Positions 1-12,626 of a stretch of DNA of 64,000 bases are shown one piece after another. This stretch comes from Leucoraja erinacea. Lineage: Eukaryota. The translations under genes and the position numbers were made by a program. The notes beneath the pieces are model-generated. The model was not told where the DNA came from, searched no databases, and was given only the letters and a program-made list of their open reading frames with translations. Where the stretch lies: assembly GCF_028641065.1 (NCBI RefSeq), contig NC_073395.1:37014001-37078000 (forward strand), read 5' to 3'. Each line of letters opens with the position of its first letter. Position 1 is the stretch's first letter.

Positions 1-368
1 ATCCATAGCCCCCAAGGGAGATGTGGGGGGCAGAGAGGGAGGGGAGGTACAGTTTGAGGGGTGGGGGGGTGCATCATCACAGTGGCTCCCGGCTGCAGAC
101 TCCCCCCAATGAACCAGTCCCCTACCCGTAGCCCCCACGGGATGCAGGGCCCAAGTACGGGGGCAGTGGTCAGGGGTGGGGGGGGGGGGGGGGGGGTGTG
201 ACGTCATTCGCAGTGGCTTTTTTTTTCCCACAAGTCTTTTCAGATTCTTGAACGTTTTCATTAAATACTGGAGAAATAAAGCATGAATATTTCAGATAAG
301 ACGGCTTTGGACTCAAGGGGGAAAATCTCTAGCGGAATATGTAAAAATGTTACCATTAACGCGTCGTT

Positions 369-567
369 NNNNNNNNNNNNNNNNNNNNNNNNNNNNNNNN
401 NNNNNNNNNNNNNNNNNNNNNNNNNNNNNNNNNNNNNNNNNNNNNNNNNNNNNNNNNNNNNNNNNNNNNNNNNNNNNNNNNNNNNNNNNNNNNNNNNNNN
501 NNNNNNNNNNNNNNNNNNNNNNNNNNNNNNNNNNNNNNNNNNNNNNNNNNNNNNNNNNNNNNNNNNN
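369..567. other. Assembly gap (N run)
   Basis: Run of about 199 N. Confidence 0.99.
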
Positions 568-845
568 GATTAAGTGGGACCCTTTGGGGCTGGTCCCCCA
601 ATGCAATACCACCTCTCCACCAATTCCAAAATGGGGGGCAGGGGGGGGGGGGGGGGGCTTTCTGGAGCACTAGTATGGATGTTGTGGGCTGAAGGGAATG
701 GTTTCCAGAGGGCTATTATGGACATTGTGGGCCAAATGGAATCTTGGTCTAGCAGCTCAGTCACTCAAGCCTGTTGTGCTGGCAGCTCACTCACTTACGG
801 CTGGTGGGCTGACAGTTAACTCATGGCTATTCCTTGAAATTCCAT

Positions 846-948
846 TTCAAGCAGGGTGCAAGGCCACCAAATACAAGTGCAGTCTCCTACCACTTCAAGC
901 AGGGTGCAAGGCCACCAAATACAAGTGCAGTTTCATACTACTTCAAGC
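846..948 (+). repeat. 48-bp tandem repeat, about 2.1 copies
   Basis: TTCAAGCAGGGTGCAAGGCCACCAAATACAAGTGCAGT... occurs twice, then a partial copy. Confidence 0.95.
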
Positions 949-1032
949 GGCCGTACGTGGAAGCGTTTTTTCTAAAATCAATATACCGTGCAAACAGGAA
1001 GTGGTCAAGATTAGACATTTAATCATATAGAT

Positions 1033-1146
1033 TTTCAAACCACATTTTCAAACCAACCACATTCTTAATCCAACCACAATTTCAAACCAACCATATTTTC
1101 AAATTAACCACATTTTCATTTTCAAACTTCATTTTCAAACCACATT
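1033..1146 (+). repeat. Degenerate ~20-bp minisatellite (TTTCAAACCAACCACATT)
   Basis: Repeated TTTCAAAC/AACCACA units. Confidence 0.8.
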
Positions 1147-1215
1147 AAGGGCACTCATAGGTCAGTACAACCACACCCACAGTTTAGTAGGCATGTTTTC
1201 AGTGTTCAGTGTTAA

Positions 1216-1451
1216 TGCCCCTGTTCCACTTAGAAAACCTGAACGGAAACCTCTGGAGACTTTGCGCCCCACCCAAGGTTTCCGTGCGGTTCCTGGAGGT
1301 TCCCGGAGGTTTTTGTCAGTCTCCCTACCTGCTTCCACTACCTGCAACCTCCAGCAACCACCTGCAACCTCCGGGAACCGCACGGAAACCTTGGGTGGGG
1401 TGCAAAGTCTCCAGAGGTTTCCGTTCAGGTTTCCTAAGTGGGACAGGGGCA
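1216..1451. mobile_element. PIF/Harbinger-type MITE with long TIRs (foldback)
   Basis: TGCCCCTGTTCCACTTAG...CTAAGTGGGACAGGGGCA with about 85-bp inverted arms, flanked by TAA and TTA. Confidence 0.85.
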
Positions 1452-2783
1452 TTATTCACAGCTCAGACAGAGTCGTGACCTCTTCTGCCCCCATCTTGCA
1501 GAGACTGAGGCACGTCCACACTTCCGGGTTTTATAGTCCCTCCCCTCTCCTACTGGAAGGGGTGTGGCCTTCATGGAGTGATTGACAGGAGAGAGAATCT
1601 CACCATTTTTAAAACTTTAATAAGTCTTTCACTTTTCATTGAATAGAAAAATCATCTGGCCCTGACAGCTGGAGGAGGACTAAGATGGCCAAAAATCACA
1701 GCCATAAGTGGTAGCGTTTTTTCTAAAATCAATATACAGTGCAAACAGGAAGTGGCTAAGTTTAGACTTTTAATTATATAAATATGATATGATGATATGA
1801 TATTTTCAAGAGTATAGTCTTATCTGGTATTACCAAACCACCTTATTACTAAATACTGTACTATATGACTAATAAATGATTTTTTAAAGCAGAATTTCAG
1901 ATGATTATAAAGCATTTCAAGTAATATACATTAACATTAATATTAATGTACGCGTGTGAATGTTTTTAATGCAATGTGCAAAATATTTTAATTTGCGCAT
2001 AATATTCAGACTATTAGGCAATTTACTGCAAATTCATTAATTATAATCTATTATATTCACACAAAAGCTTGCTAATTAGGTCAATTTTCACCTTCACTAA
2101 AAAGCAATGATATTTCAATCCCTTAAAAAAACCCACAATGTACAAATTTACCTCTACCAATAATTCTGAAAGTCTTTAATTAAAATTATAACTTTCCATT
2201 CCTATACCCTTTTAATTCTGGCATATCCTATCCATTCTATGGACTCTTTAGAGGTAACAGAGAGAACCAGGAAATCCAATGTATTTATAGCTCTACTTAT
2301 TCTAGATTTTCAACAAACTCTCTATTCCAATCACATTTCCATGCCTTTTTCTTTTCAAATACCTAATTCCCCATGAGTGATGTTACTGTATATACCACTG
2401 CTGATACTGTTGTTAAAATGTCTAAGACAACATGAACATTTTCCCTTAACCTCTCCTTTTATTCAAGTTATAATAACACTAGGCCCCTATTTCCCTTGTT
2501 ACTCTGTCATGGGCCACTAGTCTCAATCTTTCAGCATTTACTCTCTTGAATCCTTTTATAATTTTGAAGACATCCAGTAAAGCACTTCTAAATCATTTCT
2601 GTTCACGTGGAAAATATCCCAGAATTTAGGACATGATCCTCATTTGCCCTGCATTCTCCATAGCTCCATTTTGATTCTATTCATGAATCTCTGGATCTAT
2701 ATGCTTAACTGACCAATACTTCATCACATCATGCTGCTTTCAAGTTTATGAAATCCTTTGCATCTCTTACAAGCCAACAGAAA

Positions 2784-3098
2784 GTTTTAGTTTAGTTTAG
2801 TTTAGAGATACAGCGTGGAAACAGGCCTGTCGGCCCACCGGGTCCACACGCACCAGTGATCCCCGCACAATAACACTATCCTACACACACTAGGGACAAT
2901 TTTACATTGATACCCAGCCAATTAACCTACAAACCTGTACGTCTTTGGAGGGTGGGAGGAATTCGAAGATCTCGATGAAAACCCAAGCAGGTCATGGGGA
3001 GAACATACAAACTACATACAGACAAGCATCCATAGTCAGGATTGAACCCAGGTCTCTGGCGCTGTAAGACAGTAGCTCTACCACTACACCACTGTGCT
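2784..3098 (-). mobile_element. HE1-family SINE
   Basis: (TTTAG)n tail, HER1-like 3' segment and tRNA-derived head with B-box GGGTTCAATCC on the minus strand. Confidence 0.9.
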
Positions 3099-3109
3099 GT
3101 CCAAAAGTA

Positions 3110-3400
3110 TTAGTTTAGTTCAGAGACACAGCATGGACCCTCTGAGTCCATGCTAACCTTCGATCACCTGTTCTAGTTCTAGGTCATCCCACTTTCTCAC
3201 ACCAGGGGCAATTTACAAAGGGCCAATTAACCTGCAAACCTGCACATCTTTGGGATGTGGGAAAAACCGGAGCACCCGGAGGAAACTTACGTGGTCACAG
3301 GGAGAATGTGCAAACTCCACATAGACAGCATCCGATGTCAGGATCAAACCCAGATCTCTCACACTGTGAGGTAGTGGCTTTACCAGCTGTGCCACTATGC
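3110..3400 (-). mobile_element. HE1-family SINE, tandem with the previous copy
   Basis: CCAATTAACCTGCAAACCTGCACATCTTTGGGATGTGGG core and tRNA-like head. Confidence 0.85.
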
Positions 3401-3689
3401 CATCCCTAAAGCTATATCTTAAATTGTTTCTACATTGTTGCTCATGGGTCTGTACAATTACATATTTCCCTTCCATTTATATTATGTAAGTATATATGGT
3501 TTCATGACCTTTAGTATTTTTTGGCTCATTGCTAATAACTAATAATGACCATATAGTGGAAGATCTGCTGAATGCTTAAGTGTCATTTAATTACATCAAA
3601 GCAACATTGCCAAATATACTGCAATGGATGAAAATTTACTGCCAATTTATTTCATTTAAAAAATAATTGTTATTTATTGAAACATTTGT

Positions 3690-4050
3690 AAAGAAACATA
3701 AGGGGAATAAATCAGGTAAATGCACAGTCTTTTTTTCCCAAAGTAGGAGAATCACGAACTGGAGGGCATAAGTTTAAGGTGAAGTGTAAAAAAATTAATA
3801 GGAACTTGAGGGCAATGTTTTCACCTTATATATGTATAATGGTATACGTGGGTATAAGTGGGTATATGGAACAAGCTGCCAGAGGAAGCAAATGCGGCAA
3901 CTATAATAAAACACATTTGGACATGTGCATGGATAGGAAACATTTAGAGGGATATGGAGCAAATGCAGGCAAATGGAACTAGCTTAGATGAGCATATTAG
4001 TCAACCTTGATAGGTTGGGCCAAAGAGCCTGGTACCATGCTGTACAATGC
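3690..4050 (+). mobile_element. CR1/HER1 LINE 3' fragment
   Basis: GAATCACGAACTGGAGGGCATAAGTTTAAGG (ESRTRGH-like) and CR1 3' UTR. Confidence 0.8.
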
Positions 4051-5551
4051 TCTGCCATTTGTACAATTCTGTGTCATTTGCTGCTTTAGAACTTTACACT
4101 TAACTGATTATAGGTTTGCTTTAATAACTATTTTACTATTAAAGGTTATAAATGCAAACTTCACAACTAAATGATTAAAGCATTACAGAATGCAAATGGC
4201 TTGAGATATGGTTAATTTCTATTTAAGAGAACCACACAGGGGAACGTGGGCATAGAAGTGTTGTTATTAATCATTTAAAAACTAAATTAGCATATAAACA
4301 TGTGAAATTATGAATACATTATGCTACTTTCAAATTTCCGAACTGACTGAATGCTTTTTGCCCCTCTCTCTCACTCCCCCCCCCCCCCCCCCCCCAACTA
4401 AATGATGGCTCCTACACAACCCATAAGATCCATCTCGACAGCCTTATTGCAATGGGCTTGACATCATACTGTTTTTGCGTTCCTTTTTCGAACATCAACC
4501 AACTGTTTATTTGGAGTTTCTTGGTGTGATTTGATGATCTCTTTATTGAATCAGGAATTTCTATTCATATTTTCCACATCAATCTTTCACTCAGTGTTTT
4601 CACCTTGTTGCCACGTGGAAGCCAAGAAAATGTATTAATCAAATGGAAAGACAAATAAGGCATTCTGATAGATTCCCCTATCTCATTTTGTAGAATTTAA
4701 TTGCCCCATTTAGTAATTTGATATTTTATGGTGATATTTATTATATTTACATCTGATGATTTTTTCTTTCTTTTAGAACCCACCATATATTTGAGCAATA
4801 CGTCAAACTGGACAGAGGAGTTGACTATTGATATTCCGAGGATCTTACATTTAAAAAACGTGATCCTACATTCTAAAAGATTAGCATTTTGCATTATTAA
4901 TAATATGGTTGAAAGACCATGAAATAACTACATCGATAAATAAATGGAAATGATGAAAGCAATCTGATGGCTGTGTCAGTGAAAAGCACAACAGATATAA
5001 GATCAGTATGTTATCCATCAAGTATAATGACTTGAATGCTCAGCTAATAAAGACAAGTTCTCATAGGAAATATTGCAATCTAAATGTGGACTTTGCATAG
5101 CCTAATAATAAAACAACCACCTGCATCAATGCCTTGAGACAATGTCAGTTGACTTTGTTTGTCTTCAGAAAAATGACCTTGCCTTTTCTCCCCGTTACAC
5201 ATCAACACGTCTTCAACAGCCATTTATCATATTAACTGTCCCCATTGGCAAAGGACCTTAATTAACAAATAAATTGTCCCATTATCTCCATGCACTATTG
5301 ATTAATCTGTAAATAGGCAATATAAAGGATTCATATAGACTAATGTGGAGTTTGTGCATTTAAATCAGCTATCCTTTTTTTTTAAAGTTCAGTCAAGGTT
5401 TGTGGGCATTGCTGGCAAGGATCCATAATTAATAGTGCATTCCTAATTGCCTTTGAAATGCTGGTGTGGCCACTAGCCTGGACTTTTTGCAGCAAGTGAA
5501 AGCAAGTCTAAATAGGATTGGAAGTAAAAGCAGAACAGATTCCTGTTAAAA

Positions 5552-5800
5552 TGGAGATGCATGAAACCGTAGATGCTGGAATGCTGAGTAAAAAAGAAAC
5601 TGCTGGAAGAACGCAGCGGGGTCGAGCAGCATCTATGGAGAGAAACGAATAGACGACGTTTCAGGGCGGGACCCTTCACGTTAATGAGCAGAGGAGGGAC
5701 AGGTGGTTGAAAGAGGTAAGGGGAAGGTGTGGGACAAGAGCTGGCGAGTGATGGGTGGATCCAGCTGAGGAGAAGGTCATTGATAGATGAGTCAGGTGGC
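5552..5800 (-). mobile_element. Penelope pLTR-derived repeat
   Basis: GTAGATGCTGG..CTGCTGGAAGAAC..CAGCATCTATGGAGAGA..GACGTTTCAGGG matches the pLTR repeat seen throughout the window. Confidence 0.65.
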
Positions 5801-6690
5801 GGAGAAAAACCTGGAAATAGTTATATGTAGAACCAGAAGAAGGAAGGGTGGGAAGGGAATGGTGTGGGGAGGGGGGAAATAGTAATTTTATGGTAAGTAA
5901 TTTTAAGTTTCTGTGTATTATGACCCAGTGACATTAAAGTGATCCTCGTGCACATTTAGAAAACACAGCAGCCAATTTACTGACACAAAGTGCAGTTTCA
6001 TAATGACTAGATAATCTGTTTCTGTGATAGTAAGAATATTGAAATGTAAGAAATAGCAAGAGTTGGTTCCGACTTGCTTTGGAGTTTGCATGCTCTCCCG
6101 GTGATTGCATGTATTTCTCCCTGGGTGCACTTGTTTCTTCCACATGATAATGGTAGGTGGGTCTATTGCTACAGTAAATTGCCCCCAGCATAGTTGGTGA
6201 ATGGGAGAATTTTGAATGGATGGCTAGTGGAAGAGTTGATAGACGAATGAGGGAGAATCGGTTACCTGGAGAATACTAGGGTATAGGATTCTCTGAGAAC
6301 CAACATACTCTCAGTGGGCAAAAAGGCCCTTTCCCATCTTGCGATAAATATGAACTAACATGCCCTGCCTTTCAATAATATTATAGCTGTCCCTAGTACC
6401 ATTATTTAACATCAAATTCCTAACCCTTGATTCCCATAACGTCCAAACATTATATAATTAGCAACTGAGCCTCTTCAACCCTGTTAATAGCGAATTGCAA
6501 AGATTAATGAACTATTAGGTGAAGATTGTGTTTCACTATCTTCACTTTTTGGGAACTGTGGCTCATGGTCATTGATGGTGGCGTATACATTTGTTAGATT
6601 ACATGGGAAACATTCCTGCTCTTTCATATGATGCTGCTTGAATTTGGTAGTCTGGTAACTGTGGCTCTCAGTTCACATAGAGAATTTTGG

Positions 6691-7004
6691 GGGGCACCGT
6701 GGTGCAGCAGGTAGAGCTGCTGTCTCACAGCGCCAGAGTCCAGGTTTGATCCTGACCTCAGGTGCTGTCTGTTGCACCTTCTCACTGTGAGCGTGTAGGT
6801 TTCCTCCAAAAGCTCTGGTTTCCTCCCACATCCCAAAAGGCATGCGGGATTGCGTGTTAATTGGCCTCGATAAATTGTCCCATGTGTGTAATGAGTGGAT
6901 GAGAAAGTGGGATTACATAGAACTAGTGTGAACAGGTGATGAGTGTGAACTGATGGTCAGTGTGGATTCACTGGGCCGAAAGGTCTGTTTCCAAGCAGCA
7001 TCTC

Positions 7005-7033
<29 letters not shown>
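6691..7033 (+). mobile_element. HE1-family SINE
   Basis: A-box GTGGTGCAGCAGGTAGAG, B-box GGTTTGATCC, (AAACT)n tail. Confidence 0.9.
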
Positions 7034-7036
<3 letters not shown>

Positions 7037-7369
7037 CTCAGGCTAGGAAGTGTTGCAAGAACGCTTGATCTACATGCACCTGGAGAGAATACAGGAGGAA
7101 GAGTATGAGAGTGTAGCTGGAGTTTAGCAGAAGTGGAAACCTGATGGAAACACTGGATCTATCAAGAAAACAGCAGGTATGCCAATCTATAGTGCTTGGA
7201 AGTGGTAACAACCTATTTATCAAAAGGCTGAATTAGTCCCAAAATAGTTGTAAACTAAAAATGTGCTGTCCAACTCAGTTACATCTGAATAAAAAATCCA
7301 TTACTGAGAATATTCATGCAGGACAACAAGTAAGTTTTAATTAAACCAGACCTGGATTTTTAATGCTGT

Positions 7370-7880
7370 GTTAATGCGGTGAGAGAGGCAAAGTTTGAAG
7401 AAGATGTGTGTGACATGTTTTTACACGTGAGGTGGTGAGTGCCTGGAATGTGCTGCAGTGGATAGTGTTGCAGGCAAATACAATAGTGGCATTTAAGAGA
7501 TTGTTATGTAGACACGTGGGTATGCTGGGAATGGAGGGATATGGACTATGTGCAGGCAGACAAGAGTTGGTCTTGGCTTCATGTTCGGCACAGACTTTGT
7601 GGGCCAAAGGGCCAGTTTCTACTCTATATGTCCTATGTCCTCTACCACCTTCTGCGATATAGCTTCTTTGAAGTTTCTTGAAACACACACAGGCAGCAGG
7701 CAGGTTCAGCAAGAAATGTTGGCCTTTAATGCAAGAAGTTTGGAATATAAAAGTCCGATCCAACTTTGAAAGGCCCAGGTAGGAATTTCACCTGGAGTAT
7801 TCCGTGCAGTTTTGTTTTTCATATTTAAGGGAAAATATGCCTGGATGTCCTTCCATAAATATTGAACGGCATGCAGATTA
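7370..7880 (+). mobile_element. Degraded CR1 LINE fragments
   Basis: GTGGTGAGTGCCTGGAATG 3' region and CACCTGGAGTAT (HLEY) motif. Confidence 0.65.
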
Positions 7881-7894
7881 AGTTTATTACATCG

Positions 7895-8208
7895 ACGCTG
7901 TGGCACAGCAGTTGAGTTGCTGCAACACAGCGCTTGTAGTGCCAGAGACCCGGGTTTGATCCCGACTACTTTGCAGAGTTTGTACGTTCTCCCCGTGACT
8001 TGCGTGGGTTTTCTCCGAGATCTTCGGTTTCCTCCCACACTCCAAAGACATACTGGTTTGCAAGTAAATTGGCTTGGTAAATGTAAAAATTGTCCCTAGT
8101 GTATGTAGGACAGTGCTAGGATGGTGTTAATATGCGGGGGTCGCTGGTCGGCGCGGACCCGGTGGGCCAAGTGGCCTGTTTCCACTCTGTATCTCAAAAC
8201 TAAACTAA
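7895..8208 (+). mobile_element. HE1-family SINE
   Basis: tRNA-like head with GGGTTTGATCC, HE1 core and AAACT tail. Confidence 0.9.
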
Positions 8209-8519
8209 AAAAGACTACAGAAAACTAAGTGTTGATCCAATCTAATGATGCTGCATTAAAGGACTACTTGCATGAAAAACAGCACAAGCAGCACGCAATA
8301 GACACAGTTAAACAACCTTACCGCAAAAGGATCAGATTGAAGTTCACCATGAGATGAGAATGATGGTGGACAATTAGATAATGATGATGGGAGAAGGATG
8401 TTCCCAGAGAATCTCCATCCCTGCAGGTGACTCACATACTGATCCAGGTCCCCTACCACCATCTACATGGTATACGTGAAGAATTTGGTGGAATATTCCA
8501 CATTTGCCTGGATAGAGCA

Positions 8520-8850
8520 GATGTGTAGAGGGTGTTTCCACTAGTGGGTGCATCTAGGACCAGAGGTGATAGCCTCAGAGTAAAAGGACGTTCCTTTAGG
8601 AAGGAGAAGAGCAGGAATTTCTTTAGTCAGAGGGTGGTGAATCTGTGGAATTCATTGCCACAGGAGGCTGTGGAGGCTGTCAGTAGATATTTTTAAAGCA
8701 GAGAAAGCTAGATTCTTGATTAGTACATGTGTCGGGGGTTATGGAGAGAAGGCAGGAGAATGGAAATAGGAGGGAGAGATGGATCAGCCATGATTGGATG
8801 GTGGAGTAGAGTTGATGGGTCGAATGGTCCTATTCTGCTCCTATCCCTTA
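8520..8850 (+). mobile_element. CR1/HER1 LINE 3' end
   Basis: GTGGTGAATCTGTGGAATTC (VVNLWNS) and 3' UTR ..TATTCTGCTCCTAT. Confidence 0.85.
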
Positions 8851-9622
8851 GTGAATTGAATTGAAATGCATACATTTTATTAGCCAAGTATGGAGGCCTC
8901 CCATTTTAGGTCCCTGGAGATGATGGTTCCAAGGAACTTCAATAACTCCACAGATGTGACTGCGGTGTTGTTGATAGTGAGTTGGGGAAGGATGAGCTCT
9001 CCTTGTCTACAATCAATTCCACCGTCTTAAGAGCATTGAGCTCCAGGTTGTTGCGATGGCACCAGGACGCCAGCTGTGTCACTTCCTGTCTGTATGCAAA
9101 TTCCTCCCCATCCTGGATCAGTCCAATCAGGGTTGTGTCGGCCGCAAACTTGAGAAGCTTGACAGAGGAGTCTGTGGGGTGCAGTCATTGGTGTAGAGAG
9201 AGAGTAGAGGAGAGAGGAGAGTACGCAGCCTTGCGGTGCTCCTATGCTGAGGGTCAGCGGGTCCGAGATGTGCTTTCGCAGCCTCACATGCTGCTTCCTG
9301 TCTGTCAGGAAGCTGGTGATCCACTGACAGAGGGGTTCAGGCACAGTCAACTGGGAGAGTTTGGAGTGTAGTAGCTCTGGCACAATGGTGTTGAATGCAG
9401 AGCCAAAATCAACAAACAAAATCTTTGCATTGGCCCCCTGGCAGTCTAGGTGCTGGAGGATGAAGTACAGGTGCAGGTTGACTGCGTCATCCACTGATCT
9501 ATTAGCCCGGTATGCAAACTGCAGGTGGTCCAGCAGGGGGTTTGTGATATTTTTCAGGTGGGCCAGCACAAGTCTTTCATGGGTCTTCATGATTACAGAG
9601 GTCAGTGCGATAGGTCTGTAGT

Positions 9623-11716
9623 ATCTCTGGTATCCTGAGGCTGATGAAGCCCTAAGGTGCTGTTTTGAGACAACAGATTGGGATGTGTTCTGTGAGGAGT
9701 ATGGGGAAGACATTGACGGCCTAACAGAATGCATTACCCATTACATCAATTTCTGTTATGATGACATCATGCCATCCAGGGTAATTCGTTGCTACCCCAA
9801 TAACAAACCATGGATTACCAGTAGCCTGAAGGCCTTACTAAATGAGAAGAAAAAGGCTTTCAGTGTGGGTGACAGGAATAAAATCAAAGAAATTCAAAGG
9901 GAACTGAAGGTGAGGATTAAGGAGGGGAAAGAAGCATATAGGCTCAAACTGGAACGACAGCTGCAGCAAGATGGAGTTAAGCAGGTATGGGCTGGAATGA
10001 AAAAGATCACGGGTATGAAGCAGAAGGGCGGTACACTGCCTGATGGCGAACAGAATCTGGCTGATGATCTGAACAGATTTTTTAACAGATTTGACTGCCC
10101 CACACCATCCCAGCCTCCCCCACCTGGTCTGCTGATCATTGCTGCTTCCTCTCCACCTCCCCTGCCTCTCCCCAATACTCCTGAGATGTCATCTGCACGG
10201 GGTCCCCCCTTCCCACCTACTACTCCATCAGCAGCCCCACCTATGACTCTTCATACTGCGCAGGTCAAGATGATGCTGGACAGACTGAAGCCAGGGAAAG
10301 CAGTGGGGCCCGATGACATCAGCCCAAGGCTACTGAAGACTTGCTCCTCAGAGCTGTGTGGTATTCTAACACACCTGTTCAACCTGAGCTTGCGTCTACA
10401 GAAGGTCCCAAGGCTGTGGAAAACATCTTGCCTGGTACCTGTCCCAAAGAAGACCTATCCCGCTCACCACAATGACTACAGACCAGTAGTCCTCTCCTAC
10501 CTCAGGACTAGTGTGTCAACTCAAATGGATCCTTTACAGTTTGCATATCAGCTCAACATCAGTGTCGATGATGCCCTTATTTACATGCTGCAGAGGGCGT
10601 ACACACATCTGGACATCCCTGATGCATCTGTAAGAATTACATTCTTTGACTTCTCTAGCGCTTTTAACACAATTCAGCCCCGACTGCTAGGGGAGAAGAT
10701 GGAGAAGATGAAGGTGGATCCATTAATGGTACTGTGGTGTTTGGATTACCTTTTCCTCAGACCACAGTATGTGCGCCTACAGAACAATGTCTCAAGCACC
10801 ATCATGAGCAGCACAGGGGCTCCACAAGGAACTGTGCTGGCTCCATTCCTGTTTACCATCTACACAGCGGATTGTCAATATAACACCAACAGCTGCTTTT
10901 TGCAGAAATTTTCAGATGACACAGCTGTTGTAGGCCTCATCAAAGGGGGCAATGAGGAGGAGTATAGAGACACAATTAACAACTTTGTGGAGTGGAGTGC
11001 ACACAATAATCTCCATCTCAACACCAAAAAAACAAAGGAGATAGTTGTGGATTTCAGGAGGGGGAGGAGGAGGACTCAACCAACACCAATCACCATCAGG
11101 GGCACTGAGGTGGAGGTGGTCGCCAACCACAGGTACCTTGGTGTGCAGCTTGACAGTGAGCTGGACTGGAAGAGTCATATGGAGGCGGGTGTACAGGAAG
11201 GGACAAAGTCGACTGTATTTTTTAAGGAGGCTAAAGTCATTTAATATCTGCCAACCCCTACTGTGCAGTGTCTACCATTCAGTGGTGGCCAGTGCTCTGT
11301 TTTTTGCTGTGGCCTGTTGGGGAGAAGGCGCCCGAATAGCGGACAAAAACAGACTGGACAAGCTGATCAGGAAGGCCGGCTCAGTGGTCGGGGCTGAGCA
11401 ACTAACGGTCCAGCAGGTGGCAGAGGCTAGAACTCTGAAAAAACTAGGCTCAATAATGACCAACCCCACTCACCCACTCCACGCCCTGAAGGTGATCAAG
11501 TGCAGCACCTTCAGCCAGAGATTGATTGCACCAATGTGCAAAACGGAGAGACATAGGAAGTCTTGTATACCAGCTGCTATAAGGTTTTATAATGCACAAA
11601 ATTTTAACTTATTATGTATTGAAGATATCTGTTGAAATGTGTGGTGTTATGTCTGTCTTGAAGCTGTTGTGGCACTGTAATTTCCTGTAAAGGATTAATA
11701 AAGGTTATTATTATTA
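9623..11716 (+). mobile_element. Rex1/Babar-clade LINE, 5'-truncated, RT nearly intact
   Basis: ORF 9685-11244 has NNKPWIT, DYRPV, FDFSSAFNTI, GAPQG and QKFSDD. It frameshifts into 11045-11635 (RLYFLRRLKSF..PTHPLH). Ends in AATAAA plus (TTA)n. Confidence 0.95.
9685..11635 (+). pseudogene. Reverse transcriptase ORF of Rex1/Babar LINE (one frameshift near 11190)
   Basis: Non-LTR RT motifs in two overlapping frames. Confidence 0.9.
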
Positions 11717-12626
11717 GTTATTTAGACCAGTAATCATTGGCTTTTTGGATACAGGAACAATAGTGGAGACTTTGACGCAGGCTATGACAGCGCAGGTTTG
11801 CAGGAACTGGTTGACAATGTGTGTGTGGATTGGTTTGGCACAGAGCTTGAGGGTAGAGGGGAATTTATGAATGCAGCAACAACTCTCAAGAGTGGTTGTG
11901 GAATCCACATCAATTGACTGCAGCTCTATATCATTCTGGAAACTTAACATTGACCAGGACAAGGACGCCTTACTTTTTGACATCCCATTCATCACCCAGA
12001 ACCCTCCCTCCTGCCAGCCCTCACAGTCCATTCACAAAAAAGATTCCCTGGCGTCCGCAATATCATCCACTAACACTGAACTCCACCAGTCCAAGGACAA
12101 CAATTGCATGGGAAGCTCACCACAGATTGATTCTGCCTTCCACCCCACCTTTCATGAAACAATAAAATATCAGCATCTCCCCTGCCTTTGAGATAAAATC
12201 CTGGAGTACGCTGGCCAAAGCACTTTCACATTATCGACTTGCCATCACCCATTCAGGGGAATGACTGCCAAAGAAACTCTCAATGCAGAAGGACAAAATC
12301 CTCATCATTCCCCATCTGACAATTATTTCTGTAACTAGACACCAAAACCTGGAGTAACTCAACGGGTCAGACATTATCTCTGGAGAAAAAGGGTCTGTTG
12401 TTCTCTGTTGTTTCGGGTCGAGACTCTTCTTCAGACTTCCATTTCAAGGCCTTCCATTTCTTCCTCGACCACAGATGGACGTTCAGTCACTCTACACCTC
12501 CATCCTCACCAGGAAGGCCTCAAAGCCCACCGTTTCTTCCTCGACCGCAGAACCTGCCGATTACTCCCAGGGCCCATCACCGCTGTCGGTGACTCGACCT
12601 TTCTACCTGTTGCTGAACAGTCCAAT

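Larger units (their letters stand above)
568..1783 (-). mobile_element. Non-autonomous Helitron-like element; 3' CTAG end probably lost in the gap
   Basis: Starts GATTAAGTGGGACCC..GGTCCC, a subterminal hairpin of the kind that follows (A)CTAG on the reverse strand. Helitron-type 5' ends read as ..CATATAGAT (about 1032) and ..TATATAAAT (about 1783). Contains tandem repeats and a MITE. Confidence 0.55.
8853..11870 (-). mobile_element. Rex1/Babar-clade LINE (outer, decayed), split by a second Rex element at about 9623-11716
   Basis: Minus-strand YRPIALTS..QFAYRANRSVDDA..GAPQGCVLS (9100-9620) continues at 11716-11870 as STIVPVSKKPMITGLN. TTCAA-type tail near 8853. Confidence 0.85.

Noticed and set aside
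283-673. ORFs spanning the N run
   Set aside because: Artefacts of the assembly gap.
6691-6770. tRNA genes
   Set aside because: The A/B boxes belong to tRNA-derived HE1 SINE heads and no complete cloverleaf was seen.
9027-9734. 235-aa ORF as a gene
   Set aside because: Chimera of the antisense inner Rex and frameshifted outer Rex RT.
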